DNA of 64,000 nt, from contig JAEOTP010000016.1 of the NCBI GenBank assembly GCA_016839765.1, forward strand, positions 1 to 64,000, in the 5' to 3' direction. Origin of the DNA: Promethearchaeota archaeon. GTDB taxonomy: Archaea; Asgardarchaeota; Lokiarchaeia; Sigyniarchaeales; SOKP01. The first letter of the stretch is position 1; each line of letters opens with the position of its first letter. The translations under genes and the position numbers were made by a program. Of this stretch, positions 28,528 through 37,804 are shown piece after piece. Below the pieces are notes generated by a model. That model searched no databases, was not told where the DNA came from, and saw only the letters and a program-made list of their open reading frames with translations.

Positions 28528-29682
28528 ATGAATATCGGTGGATTAATTAAAAAAGAGTTTGGAAGAATTAAATCTGATAAAAGAACTTTAATTTTATTAT
28601 TTGTTATTCCCGTTATTCTAATTATCATATTTGGTCTTACTACTGGAGTAGGGCCAACTAAATTTTTTACCGCAGCAATTATAACTCGGGATGAGATGCC
28701 TACTTATGATAATTTTCCCACAAATTCATCTCAATTTGACGATATATTTATATCAATTATGCAACATAATACAACCACTTGGGATCTTCATCAATTTTTT
28801 AATTGCACTAATTTAGAAGATTATGATAATGCTTTTGACAAATGTATTCAATTTATTAAAAACGATATTGTGGATGCGTTTATTGTGTTACCTGAAAATT
28901 TCTCTGAATCTGTGGAAAACAAAATAAATCCAGTAGTAATTTATTACATCGATGGTTCAGATATGACTGCTACTAGTTCAATTGAAGTAGCCATCCAAGA
29001 ACCAATTGCGCTATTTAGAGTGCAAGCTGATTTACTCGAAAATTTCACAATTATGGTTCCTTATTTAGAATTTGATGTTCCATTCTGGGAATCCCAATTA
29101 TTAAATTATGCTCTACCCATGATTCTTCCAATAATAATACTTGGTACTACAATGAATCTAACCTCTCTCTCTATTGTATCCGAAGGTCCCTTACCTAGGA
29201 TGCTGATTACTCCAACAACAAAGAGGGAAATTATTTTAAGCAAATTAATAGCAAATACAGCAATCATGATCCTCCAATCTACTGAAATTTTTATAATGTC
29301 AGCATTTTTCGGTCTTTATAGCCTTGGCTCCCTCTTCAATTTATATTTAGTTCTTATTATGATTGGTTTTTGTGGTATTTGCATGGGATTGTTTATATCT
29401 GCACTTAGCCCAACAGAACAAGGAGCAAATCAAATGTATCTCATAATGTTCATCGTTATAATTATGTTTTCCGGATCCTTTATACCACCAGAGCTAATTT
29501 CACCAGAGATGCAGTATGTTATTAATATACTTCCCTTAAGTCATGCTTTTCCTTTAGTAACGGACATAATATTAAAGGGTTTAGGGCTAAATTTAGAGCA
29601 TGTATTAGTTCTGAATCTCAATTCCGTAATTTTTGTACTTTTAGCTTATGTAATTTATCGATTTAAAAAGATTGAGGTGTAA
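28528..29682 (+). CDS. ABC-2 type exporter permease
   Basis: KKEFGRIKSDKRT.L, extracytoplasmic loop, EGPLPRMLITP, SGSFIP, LPLSH. Confidence 0.92.
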   Translation: MNIGGLIKKEFGRIKSDKRTLILLFVIPVILIIIFGLTTGVGPTKFFTAAIITRDEMPTYDNFPTNSSQFDDIFISIMQHNTTTWDLHQFFNCTNLEDYDNAFDKCIQFIKNDIVDAFIVLPENFSESVENKINPVVIYYIDGSDMTATSSIEVAIQEPIALFRVQADLLENFTIMVPYLEFDVPFWESQLLNYALPMILPIIILGTTMNLTSLSIVSEGPLPRMLITPTTKREIILSKLIANTAIMILQSTEIFIMSAFFGLYSLGSLFNLYLVLIMIGFCGICMGLFISALSPTEQGANQMYLIMFIVIIMFSGSFIPPELISPEMQYVINILPLSHAFPLVTDIILKGLGLNLEHVLVLNLNSVIFVLLAYVIYRFKKIEV

Positions 29683-30919
29683 GACAATAGGATCCAGAAG
29701 AAGAGCCAAAAAGTTAAGACCTACCACAACGAAAAAAAAAAGTATTAAATTACGAGGCTCTTTGTATAGAATTATTCGCCAAATTAAAAAGGAGTTTAAG
29801 CTTCTATGGACAGATAAATTCAATTTAATTCTTGCAATTATTATACCCCCTGTAGTTATCCTCCTCTTTGGGTCCATGTTAAATGCCATACCTCCAACAC
29901 CCCAGCCTGTTCCATGTGTGGTTATTTCTTATGATTCTAATACCATTATAAATCCAAATAACTATACAGAATCACGAATAAATAATTATACCATCCCCTA
30001 CGTGAACGCAGTAAATAAATCAGAATTATTAAAACTAGAGCATTTTTATAATGCAAGTGAGGAAATCTACGCTATGGAAACCGCAAGGATGCAATTAATC
30101 TCTGGAAAAATTAAGGTAATAATTTCAATCCCCACAGATTTTTCAGAGTTCATTATATGGGGGCTTCCAGCATTAATTGATTGTATTCCTGATTCTTCAG
30201 ATGTTCAACATATTCAAGATAATTTAAATGCGGTATATGATTCTGTGAAGATTTTTATAAATGAGAATAACTTAACTCCGCAATTTATAATCCAAGGTTA
30301 TGAAGAATTTGCAATACCAGAAGGATATAGTCTTAGATTTAATTATAATGCAACTTTATTACTTTCCTTTATAGCATTTGGCGTATCGATGGTTTTAACA
30401 ATTCTAGTTGTTGTTCAAGAAAAACCTGTAGCAAGATTATTACTTACTCCTGTAAAAAGAACTGAGATACTCCTTTCGAAATATTTTGCCTATATGCTTG
30501 TTTTAGTTCTCCAAATAATATTGTTAATTATTAGCACTATGGTATGTGGATTATATCTTGTAGGAAGTTTATTAAATTTCTTTTTAGCTCTTTATATAGT
30601 AGGATTTAGTGGTTTATCAATGGGATTGTTTATAAGTAGTATAAGTAAAACAAAAACAGAAGCAAATCAGTTATTTTTTGCTTTTATGATTGTTATTTTA
30701 TTACTTAGCGGGATTTTTATTCCTATTGATGCCATGCCGATATATCTACAAGTATTTGCTTACATACTACCTTTATCCCATGGAGATCCTATGATAAAAA
30801 GTGTAGTGACAAAGGGTAAATCTGTATTTGGATTTGATTTTTATGTACTTCTAGGCATAAGCTTCCTTTTTCTTATAATATCTTTTATAATATTTAAAAA
30901 AAGGAGATACGAGGTGTAA
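29672..30919 (+). CDS. ABC-2 type exporter permease (start possibly ATA at 29687)
   Basis: KKEFKLLWTDK, RLLLTPV.R.EILLSK, SGIFIP, LPLSH. Confidence 0.9.
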   Translation: MRCKTIGSRRRAKKLRPTTTKKKSIKLRGSLYRIIRQIKKEFKLLWTDKFNLILAIIIPPVVILLFGSMLNAIPPTPQPVPCVVISYDSNTIINPNNYTESRINNYTIPYVNAVNKSELLKLEHFYNASEEIYAMETARMQLISGKIKVIISIPTDFSEFIIWGLPALIDCIPDSSDVQHIQDNLNAVYDSVKIFINENNLTPQFIIQGYEEFAIPEGYSLRFNYNATLLLSFIAFGVSMVLTILVVVQEKPVARLLLTPVKRTEILLSKYFAYMLVLVLQIILLIISTMVCGLYLVGSLLNFFLALYIVGFSGLSMGLFISSISKTKTEANQLFFAFMIVILLLSGIFIPIDAMPIYLQVFAYILPLSHGDPMIKSVVTKGKSVFGFDFYVLLGISFLFLIISFIIFKKRRYEV

Positions 30920-30931
30920 GATATAAGCTCA

Positions 30932-31921
30932 TTGATTCCAAAAAGACCAATGGTTGAAGTTAATAATTTAAATGTAATTTTTGGTAAGGCACATATAGTT
31001 CATAATGTTTCGTTTACAGTAAATGAAGGCGAAGTTATAGGGTTATTCGGAATTTCGGGAGCAGGAAAAACAACAATTATAAGAGTTTTAACATGTCAAA
31101 TTGATAAAAAGAATTGGAATGGTAATGTACGGGTTACAGGTTTATCCCCAGCAAATAAAAAAAACCATCCCAAAATTCTTAGTAATATTGGCTATGTTCC
31201 TCAACTTGAACTATTAAATTTATATTTTGAATTAAGCCCCCTAGTGAATGTAGAAGTATTTACTTCTACTTATGGAATGTCAAAAAAACAAGCGCGAAGA
31301 ATAGCTAAAGAATTATTTGAAATCTTAGATATCCCAAAGGATACTTGGAAGAAACGAGTAAAACATATGAGTGGAGGAGAAAAGAAAAGACTATCTATGG
31401 CTATTGGTTTAATTCATAATCCAAATGTTTTATTTCTTGACGAACCCACTACTGGCGTTGATGCCTCTAAACGCTACGATATTCTTAGCTATTTGAAGAA
31501 GCTTAACAAGAAATTAAAAACCACGATGTTTATAATCACACATGACTTAGAAGCCGCATTAATATGTGATAAAACTGCAATATTGCGAGAAGGCAAATTA
31601 TTAGAGTTTGAAACACCCCAAAAATTAATTTTATCTTTACCAAGTGAGGGTTTAGTTGCAAGATTTACAGTTGAAAATTTAAATGAAGAATTAATTGATA
31701 TGATAAAAAAGTTTGAACCGATAAGAAAAGTATTACGAGTAGGAAATGAGGTTATTGAGATTTTGATGGACGATTTTGAACAAAATTTACCAAATCTTAT
31801 ACAATTCTTAATTAATAAAGGTATCAAAATTAAATCAATGAGTAGGGATATAGCCAGTTTTAGGAGGTTCTTTCAAATTAGGATTCAAGAAGAAGAGGAA
31901 AAAGAAAAAACTTTAAATTAA
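30932..31921 (+). CDS. ABC transporter ATP-binding subunit
   Basis: GISGAGKT, MSGGE, LFLDEPT, ITH. Confidence 0.95.
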   Translation: MIPKRPMVEVNNLNVIFGKAHIVHNVSFTVNEGEVIGLFGISGAGKTTIIRVLTCQIDKKNWNGNVRVTGLSPANKKNHPKILSNIGYVPQLELLNLYFELSPLVNVEVFTSTYGMSKKQARRIAKELFEILDIPKDTWKKRVKHMSGGEKKRLSMAIGLIHNPNVLFLDEPTTGVDASKRYDILSYLKKLNKKLKTTMFIITHDLEAALICDKTAILREGKLLEFETPQKLILSLPSEGLVARFTVENLNEELIDMIKKFEPIRKVLRVGNEVIEILMDDFEQNLPNLIQFLINKGIKIKSMSRDIASFRRFFQIRIQEEEEKEKTLN

Positions 31922-31937
31922 AAAAAAGAGGTGTTGA

Positions 31938-34900
31938 TTGATTATAAAACTGAGCCGAACGGGTAAAAGAAGACTAAAAAATTTTGTTCTCTTACTTCTT
32001 CTTATTGGAACTCCAATCTTCACCTTCATTCTTGTAAACACTCGCTTTATTTCATATATTGATGAAGAAAGTGTGGAATATGTCAAAAGAAATGCTGCCT
32101 TATTTACAAAGTCCCATCAAAATGATGACGGATTATTTTTAGAACCAGACTTAGATACTAATTTTAGAGCCATTGATTCTATTAATTTCACCCATGTGAA
32201 TAATACAGATTCTCGTTTAATAAATCCCAACAATTTAAGAAATGATTTAATTAAAAAACTGGCCCCAAATTTCTTTTTCGACTACATATTTGAAAAACAA
32301 AATATTAATGGAGCCTATTCAGATATAGGTGGTTTAGGGAATATGATTTCTACCTATGAAGCAATAAAAACAATTGAGGTGGCAAATAAATCTTACCTTA
32401 ATCGTAAAATAATGGAAAATAAAACAATCGAAATTATTAATTATCTAAATGATTCATTGAATGGAAATGGGTTGGGATTTAAGGTTGCTCCCCTTTTGAA
32501 TTATTCGGACATCATCTCAACATCTTATGCAATTGAATTAGCCCAAATTCTTTCGGGAGCTTCGATATTAAATAATAAAAATATAAGTAAATATATAAAT
32601 TCTACATGGGTAATAACAGGGGGGTATGCTTTGACTAATTTCTCCTTAATTCCTACTCCTGAAACCACTTTTCATGGAATTCGAGCATATATTGGCATGA
32701 ATATGACTTATGATAATGCGAGTGAATTTGCTATTTCATCCTATATTAACTCATCATATAATATGGATGGGGGTTTTAGAAATAGTCTTGGGCTGATTTC
32801 TGACATTGAATCAACATATTACTGTTTAGCATCTTTAGATTTATTAAATTTACCTATAATTAATGAAAATACTACTCTTAATTTCATTTTAAATTGCAGT
32901 AATCCAGACGGAGGTTTTAGTCAGCATCCAGTTTTTACAACACCATCAGACTTTAATTATGGTTGGGCTGCAATGAAAGCCTTATCAATTTTAGAAAAAT
33001 TATATAACTTTACACCCAGTATTGAAAATAGAATAAATGAAATAAAACTTAATTATTATAACTGGTTGCATGATCACCAAGCAATAAATTCTTTATTTGG
33101 TCATATCACTTTAGAATATAATTATTTTGGAGTTTTAGCATTAAGAAATTATAGTCCTGAAAATCTATATGAATGGATTAATACCACACAGACCGATAAT
33201 ATATTAGCTTATGTTTATAATTGTTATAATATAGAGGATGGTGGCTTTGGTTCAAGACCGGATTTAAATTCTACTCTTTTTTCAACGTATTGTGCCCTGA
33301 ATTTAATCAACTTTATTGAACCGTATGAGTTAAATCAATTTCACGAGCAAAATAAATCAAAAACCATACACTATTTAGTAGGTCTCCAAAATCCTGATGG
33401 AGGTTTTAGAGTCGGAAATGATATTGATTTTTTACTTTCCTTATTCGGCCCGTATTATAACTATTTCCTAAATTTAATCAATACAAATGTTTCTATGGTG
33501 GAAAGTACGTATTGGGCATTAATTTCGCTTGACATACTTCAAAGTAGTCATTTAATTGATCGAAATAACCTTTCACATTGGATAAAATCATGTCAAAATC
33601 CAGACGGAGGTTTTTCAATTTTTATTGGATTTCATAGTGATATAATCTCTACATATTTTGGTCTTGAAATATTTAACCAATTTTTTTCTTCTGAACCAAT
33701 GGCCAAGATTGCTGTAATTGAATTCTTAAAACTTGCGCAAATGTCTGATGGAAGTTTTTCAATATTACCCGCTATAGGTCAATTCATAGAATTACCATCA
33801 ACATTTTTAGTTACATATTTAGCGTCTAAGGCTCTCTACGATTACCGTTTTCAACCAGAAGATATTCAAGGAGCATTAAATTGGTATAGAGAATGCATAA
33901 GTGAAACAACTGGGGGTTTTGGAGATAACCCGGGTTTTGGAGGAGATTTAAGAAATGCCGCTTATGGAATAGTTATAATTGATGAACTAAAACATGATCA
34001 GGCTTTTGATTCTAAACCATGGAATGATTTGTTATTTTATATTCTTATTGTTGAGCTTATAGGTTTCGGATTATTTATCTTATTGAAGTTATATCAGAGG
34101 CTTTCTATTCCACAGAGGATAAAATTATTATTTGGAATAGGAGAAAAGTTAACTCCGTCATACCTGCAACAATTTCCTGCTATAAACTGCGAAAATTTTA
34201 GTGTATATGCTGGTGGGACATTGATAGTTGATTCAGTATCAATGAGTATATCGCATGGTAAAATTCTTGGCATTCTAGGAGAAAGTGGAGCTGGGAAGTC
34301 AACATTTATAAAGGGTTTACTAGGTATGAGAAAAACCACAGGATTTTGCCAAATTTATGGAATGAACATGAGTAAGAGAACATCAAAAAGAATACGACCC
34401 ATTTATGGTTATGTACCTCAAGATTTGGGAAAACTTTATCATAATTTCACCACTTTAGAAAATTTATTATATTTTGGGAATCAATATGGATTGACTGAAA
34501 AAGAGATAATAAGTAAATCTAAAAGGATACTGAGAAGCTTAGATATTGAAGACAAGATGCAAGAATTAGTAAAAAATTTATCTGGGGGCGAAAAAAGGCG
34601 AGTTAGTATTGCTATTGGTTTGACACATTCCCCAATTTTTCTTATTTTAGATGAACCAACTTCTGGATTAGATCCAATAATAAGGGAGAGTTTATGGCTA
34701 ACACTTACAAAAATTAATGAGCAATTTAAAACCACACTAATAGTTATCACACATTATCCAGAAGAATCGCGTTTTTGTAATGATGTAGCAATTTTCGGGA
34801 GAAAACGGGGCATGATTGATTTTGGAAAGCCAAAAGAACTGCTAGATCAATTACCAGGGAAAGGACGCTCAGTGGAGCTACAGTTTTATAAGCCTATTGA

Positions 34901-35129
34901 AAATGCCATAGAATCGCTTGAATCTATTGAAGGCATCGAAAAGGTTTTAGAAAATAAGGTTGGAACAAATTTTTCAATCTTTACCAACTTAAATGTAAAT
35001 GAATTATTTAATAAAATAGAAAATGTAATTGGTAACGATTCTGTTCAATTATTAAAACAAATAGATTCAAAGATGGAACAATTCTTTAGATATAAAGCTA
35101 TGGAGGTGCCTAAAATTGAAAAGCTTTAA
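31938..35129 (+). CDS. Fusion: TM - prenyltransferase/squalene-cyclase-type repeats - TM - ABC ATPase
   Basis: Repeated Q/N-x-DGGF...S.I.STY.(A/G)L motifs; TM near aa 700-720; GESGAGKS, LSGGE, ILDEPT, ITH. Confidence 0.88.
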   Translation: MIIKLSRTGKRRLKNFVLLLLLIGTPIFTFILVNTRFISYIDEESVEYVKRNAALFTKSHQNDDGLFLEPDLDTNFRAIDSINFTHVNNTDSRLINPNNLRNDLIKKLAPNFFFDYIFEKQNINGAYSDIGGLGNMISTYEAIKTIEVANKSYLNRKIMENKTIEIINYLNDSLNGNGLGFKVAPLLNYSDIISTSYAIELAQILSGASILNNKNISKYINSTWVITGGYALTNFSLIPTPETTFHGIRAYIGMNMTYDNASEFAISSYINSSYNMDGGFRNSLGLISDIESTYYCLASLDLLNLPIINENTTLNFILNCSNPDGGFSQHPVFTTPSDFNYGWAAMKALSILEKLYNFTPSIENRINEIKLNYYNWLHDHQAINSLFGHITLEYNYFGVLALRNYSPENLYEWINTTQTDNILAYVYNCYNIEDGGFGSRPDLNSTLFSTYCALNLINFIEPYELNQFHEQNKSKTIHYLVGLQNPDGGFRVGNDIDFLLSLFGPYYNYFLNLINTNVSMVESTYWALISLDILQSSHLIDRNNLSHWIKSCQNPDGGFSIFIGFHSDIISTYFGLEIFNQFFSSEPMAKIAVIEFLKLAQMSDGSFSILPAIGQFIELPSTFLVTYLASKALYDYRFQPEDIQGALNWYRECISETTGGFGDNPGFGGDLRNAAYGIVIIDELKHDQAFDSKPWNDLLFYILIVELIGFGLFILLKLYQRLSIPQRIKLLFGIGEKLTPSYLQQFPAINCENFSVYAGGTLIVDSVSMSISHGKILGILGESGAGKSTFIKGLLGMRKTTGFCQIYGMNMSKRTSKRIRPIYGYVPQDLGKLYHNFTTLENLLYFGNQYGLTEKEIISKSKRILRSLDIEDKMQELVKNLSGGEKRRVSIAIGLTHSPIFLILDEPTSGLDPIIRESLWLTLTKINEQFKTTLIVITHYPEESRFCNDVAIFGRKRGMIDFGKPKELLDQLPGKGRSVELQFYKPIENAIESLESIEGIEKVLENKVGTNFSIFTNLNVNELFNKIENVIGNDSVQLLKQIDSKMEQFFRYKAMEVPKIEKL

Positions 35130-36819
35130 AATGAGCGAACTAGAGCGCCTTAGACTAAAAACTTTAGACGCTATACGCTTTTCTAAACGATTTTGGATGA
35201 CATATAGGGAAAATACTTTTGGAATTGCCTCTATTATAAATTTAGTTTATAAAAAGTCTTTTTTTGAAGTTTTATTCTTTACAAATAAAGATGTTCTAGA
35301 GAAGGGAGTCCCTTTATTAAAAATTTATACTCCTATCGAAGAGCAAATAGATTTTGATGAAATCATAGTAGAACCTGATTTTGATGATGATGGACTTGTT
35401 AGTCCGGTGAAAATCATCGGTCGAATGAGAAAGCTTATAAGAAGAGAGTTTCAGAAACATTTAGCATTCTTGGATAAAGAAATAGAACTTCTTGATGAAA
35501 TATATGAAAATTTCCCCATAGATAATATTCCTTACCATAGAGAAATAGGCATTTATTTCCCTGATTTTGTAGTAAAGCTTAACATAAATTTTGAAAAATT
35601 TCCATCTATTCCTTCCTTTTCTTTTTCAAAAACTCTTTCAAGAATTGTAAGTGAAAGAGAATTTAACGAATCTGCTATTATCACAGACTGGAATGAATTA
35701 AACCCACCTCATATATATGAGTTAGTAGAAAAATTAACTCAAATTGTAACCGATCGTTTAAAAGTAGAACCTATAAAATTTAATTCTCAACACCTTGTGG
35801 TTGATAATTTTTCAATAGGGGGTAATATAAAAGACATCTCATTTAAGATCCATAGAGGTAAATCAATAGGGATTGTTTATGATAAAGAATTGTTCGAGAA
35901 TGCGGAGCATAGTTTGACATTATTAAAACTTTTTGAGGCTATATCAGGTGAACATCCTAATTTTTCAGGCAGAATTGAGATCTTTGGTAGATATGTTCAA
36001 TTATTACCCGCATATGATATGGAGAGAATTTTTATCTTACCCCAAGCTTATGAGTCAAAATTAACTAAAATGAAGCTTAAAAAAGCAGTTCAATATAGTA
36101 TAGATATTAAGGGTATCCTTAAAGAAAGAAAAGTTGCTTTGGATAAGGTTTTAAAAAATGCAGGATTAACTTCTAAAATGGGAGATATCGTGAATGATCT
36201 TCTTACAGAAGCACCTCTTTTACAATTTACTCGGAGGAAAGAATTTATTAAAAATGCTTTAACAGCCACGGGTTTGTGGAATAAAAAGAAAAAAAGATTT
36301 TCTCAATTAACACCTTTAGAATTTTTACTATTTTCAATTGGAAGAGCATTGCTTCAATCACCTATAATTGTAATGTTTTCAATACCTTTTGGATTACTTA
36401 ATAGAATAGACTTTGAGAAATTCAACAAATATATGAATCGCATAAAAGAAGTATTCCATATAATACTTATTTTTCATGGCCCAGAAGGAATTGCTTCAAA
36501 ATGTGATCAAATTCTAACTGTTTCTCAAAGTGTATCTAAAATAGGAACCCATGAGGACTACATCAATGCACTACCATATGCGGGTGAATATATTACAGTT
36601 GAATTCAATAATGCAGATGAGAATTTAATTAAGAAAATAAATGAATTCGAAGAAGTTAATAGAATAATTGAAGAAAGGAAAAATGAAAAATATAAGATAT
36701 ACATAAAAGAAAATCCAGATAAATTAATAATAAATTTAACAGAATTGTTTGGAGCAAATCTTTTTAGCTTCAAAATTTCAAAAGCATCAATAGGTGATTA
36801 TTTAGAATTTAACCAATAA
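35116..36819 (+). CDS. Degenerate ABC ATPase with putative UBC/UEV-like N-terminal domain
   Basis: ISFKIHRGKSIGIV and IGRALLQSP are ABC-like, but Walker A, LSGGQ and Walker B acids are absent; N-terminal LNINFEKFPSIP...WNELNPPHIYELV. Confidence 0.6.
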   Translation: MKSFKMSELERLRLKTLDAIRFSKRFWMTYRENTFGIASIINLVYKKSFFEVLFFTNKDVLEKGVPLLKIYTPIEEQIDFDEIIVEPDFDDDGLVSPVKIIGRMRKLIRREFQKHLAFLDKEIELLDEIYENFPIDNIPYHREIGIYFPDFVVKLNINFEKFPSIPSFSFSKTLSRIVSEREFNESAIITDWNELNPPHIYELVEKLTQIVTDRLKVEPIKFNSQHLVVDNFSIGGNIKDISFKIHRGKSIGIVYDKELFENAEHSLTLLKLFEAISGEHPNFSGRIEIFGRYVQLLPAYDMERIFILPQAYESKLTKMKLKKAVQYSIDIKGILKERKVALDKVLKNAGLTSKMGDIVNDLLTEAPLLQFTRRKEFIKNALTATGLWNKKKKRFSQLTPLEFLLFSIGRALLQSPIIVMFSIPFGLLNRIDFEKFNKYMNRIKEVFHIILIFHGPEGIASKCDQILTVSQSVSKIGTHEDYINALPYAGEYITVEFNNADENLIKKINEFEEVNRIIEERKNEKYKIYIKENPDKLIINLTELFGANLFSFKISKASIGDYLEFNQ

Positions 36820-36835
36820 ATTATGAGGTAATTGT

Positions 36836-37639
36836 ATGTTTAAGAGTCTTTATATTATGGATGAAAATGGAATTGTTTTATATTCTAAAAATTTTATGAG
36901 AGAGAAGTATGATGATAATATTTTAGTAGGATTTTTCGCATCAATCGCTAATTTTAGCAGGGAAGCATTAGGAAGTGTAATTAAAAACGTTGATTTAGGA
37001 CAAAATAATAAGCTTATCTTACTTCCCATCTCAGAAGAAAATCTACTAGGAGCTGTAATTGTTAGTTCAAATGATAATAACCAGTTAATTTTAACTATTT
37101 TAAGAGATATTTTACAAGATTTTATTGATACTTTCGCTCCAGATTTCGATCCTGAAAAAATTTTTGAGGAGGAAATGGAAAAAATAATCCAAAATAATAT
37201 GAAAGGTAAAATAATGCAATCACCAAAAATTAGATTTTTACTTGCTTGGTTAATTGCGGCACCATTATCGTATCTACTTATTTTTTTAAGTATTTTCGCT
37301 ACGGATTTTCTTTATTCTATTTTTCGGCTGAACCAATATTTAAATCCTGCCCAAATTTTAACTCGCTTTACGCCATCCTTAATTTTATTATCAACAGTAA
37401 ATATAGTCATACTATTTCTGCTTCCAAACTTAATCCTTGGGTATCTTTCTCCCAATTGGAAAATCGCTACAGTAAATTCTTTTATACATTTGGCGGTTAC
37501 AATAACGTTATATTTCTTTTCTATAGAACCTAACTTTGCATACATAATTGTAGGATACCTCCCCTTAGCGTTAATTTTTTCATTGTTCTTCCTTTTCATC
37601 GGTATTCGTTATTCTTCAAAAAAATTCTTAAAAAAATAA
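36836..37639 (+). CDS. Longin-like domain fused to about 4 TM helices
   Basis: LYIMDENGIVLYS...DNILVGFFASIANFSRE, an Asgard longin-like pattern; hydrophobic C-terminal half. Confidence 0.7.
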   Translation: MFKSLYIMDENGIVLYSKNFMREKYDDNILVGFFASIANFSREALGSVIKNVDLGQNNKLILLPISEENLLGAVIVSSNDNNQLILTILRDILQDFIDTFAPDFDPEKIFEEEMEKIIQNNMKGKIMQSPKIRFLLAWLIAAPLSYLLIFLSIFATDFLYSIFRLNQYLNPAQILTRFTPSLILLSTVNIVILFLLPNLILGYLSPNWKIATVNSFIHLAVTITLYFFSIEPNFAYIIVGYLPLALIFSLFFLFIGIRYSSKKFLKK

Positions 37640-37804
37640 TTAAAATTAATCTTAATTCTATCATTTTCTACTCATTTGTGTATAAAAAATTTCATAATAC
37701 GAATCATTAAATAACCCAATTTTTATCTATCTATTTAGCTAGAAAAGGGTTAACAATTAGGTCAAACTTATCTTCTGATAGAGATAAAGACTGTTGATAA
37801 TATT

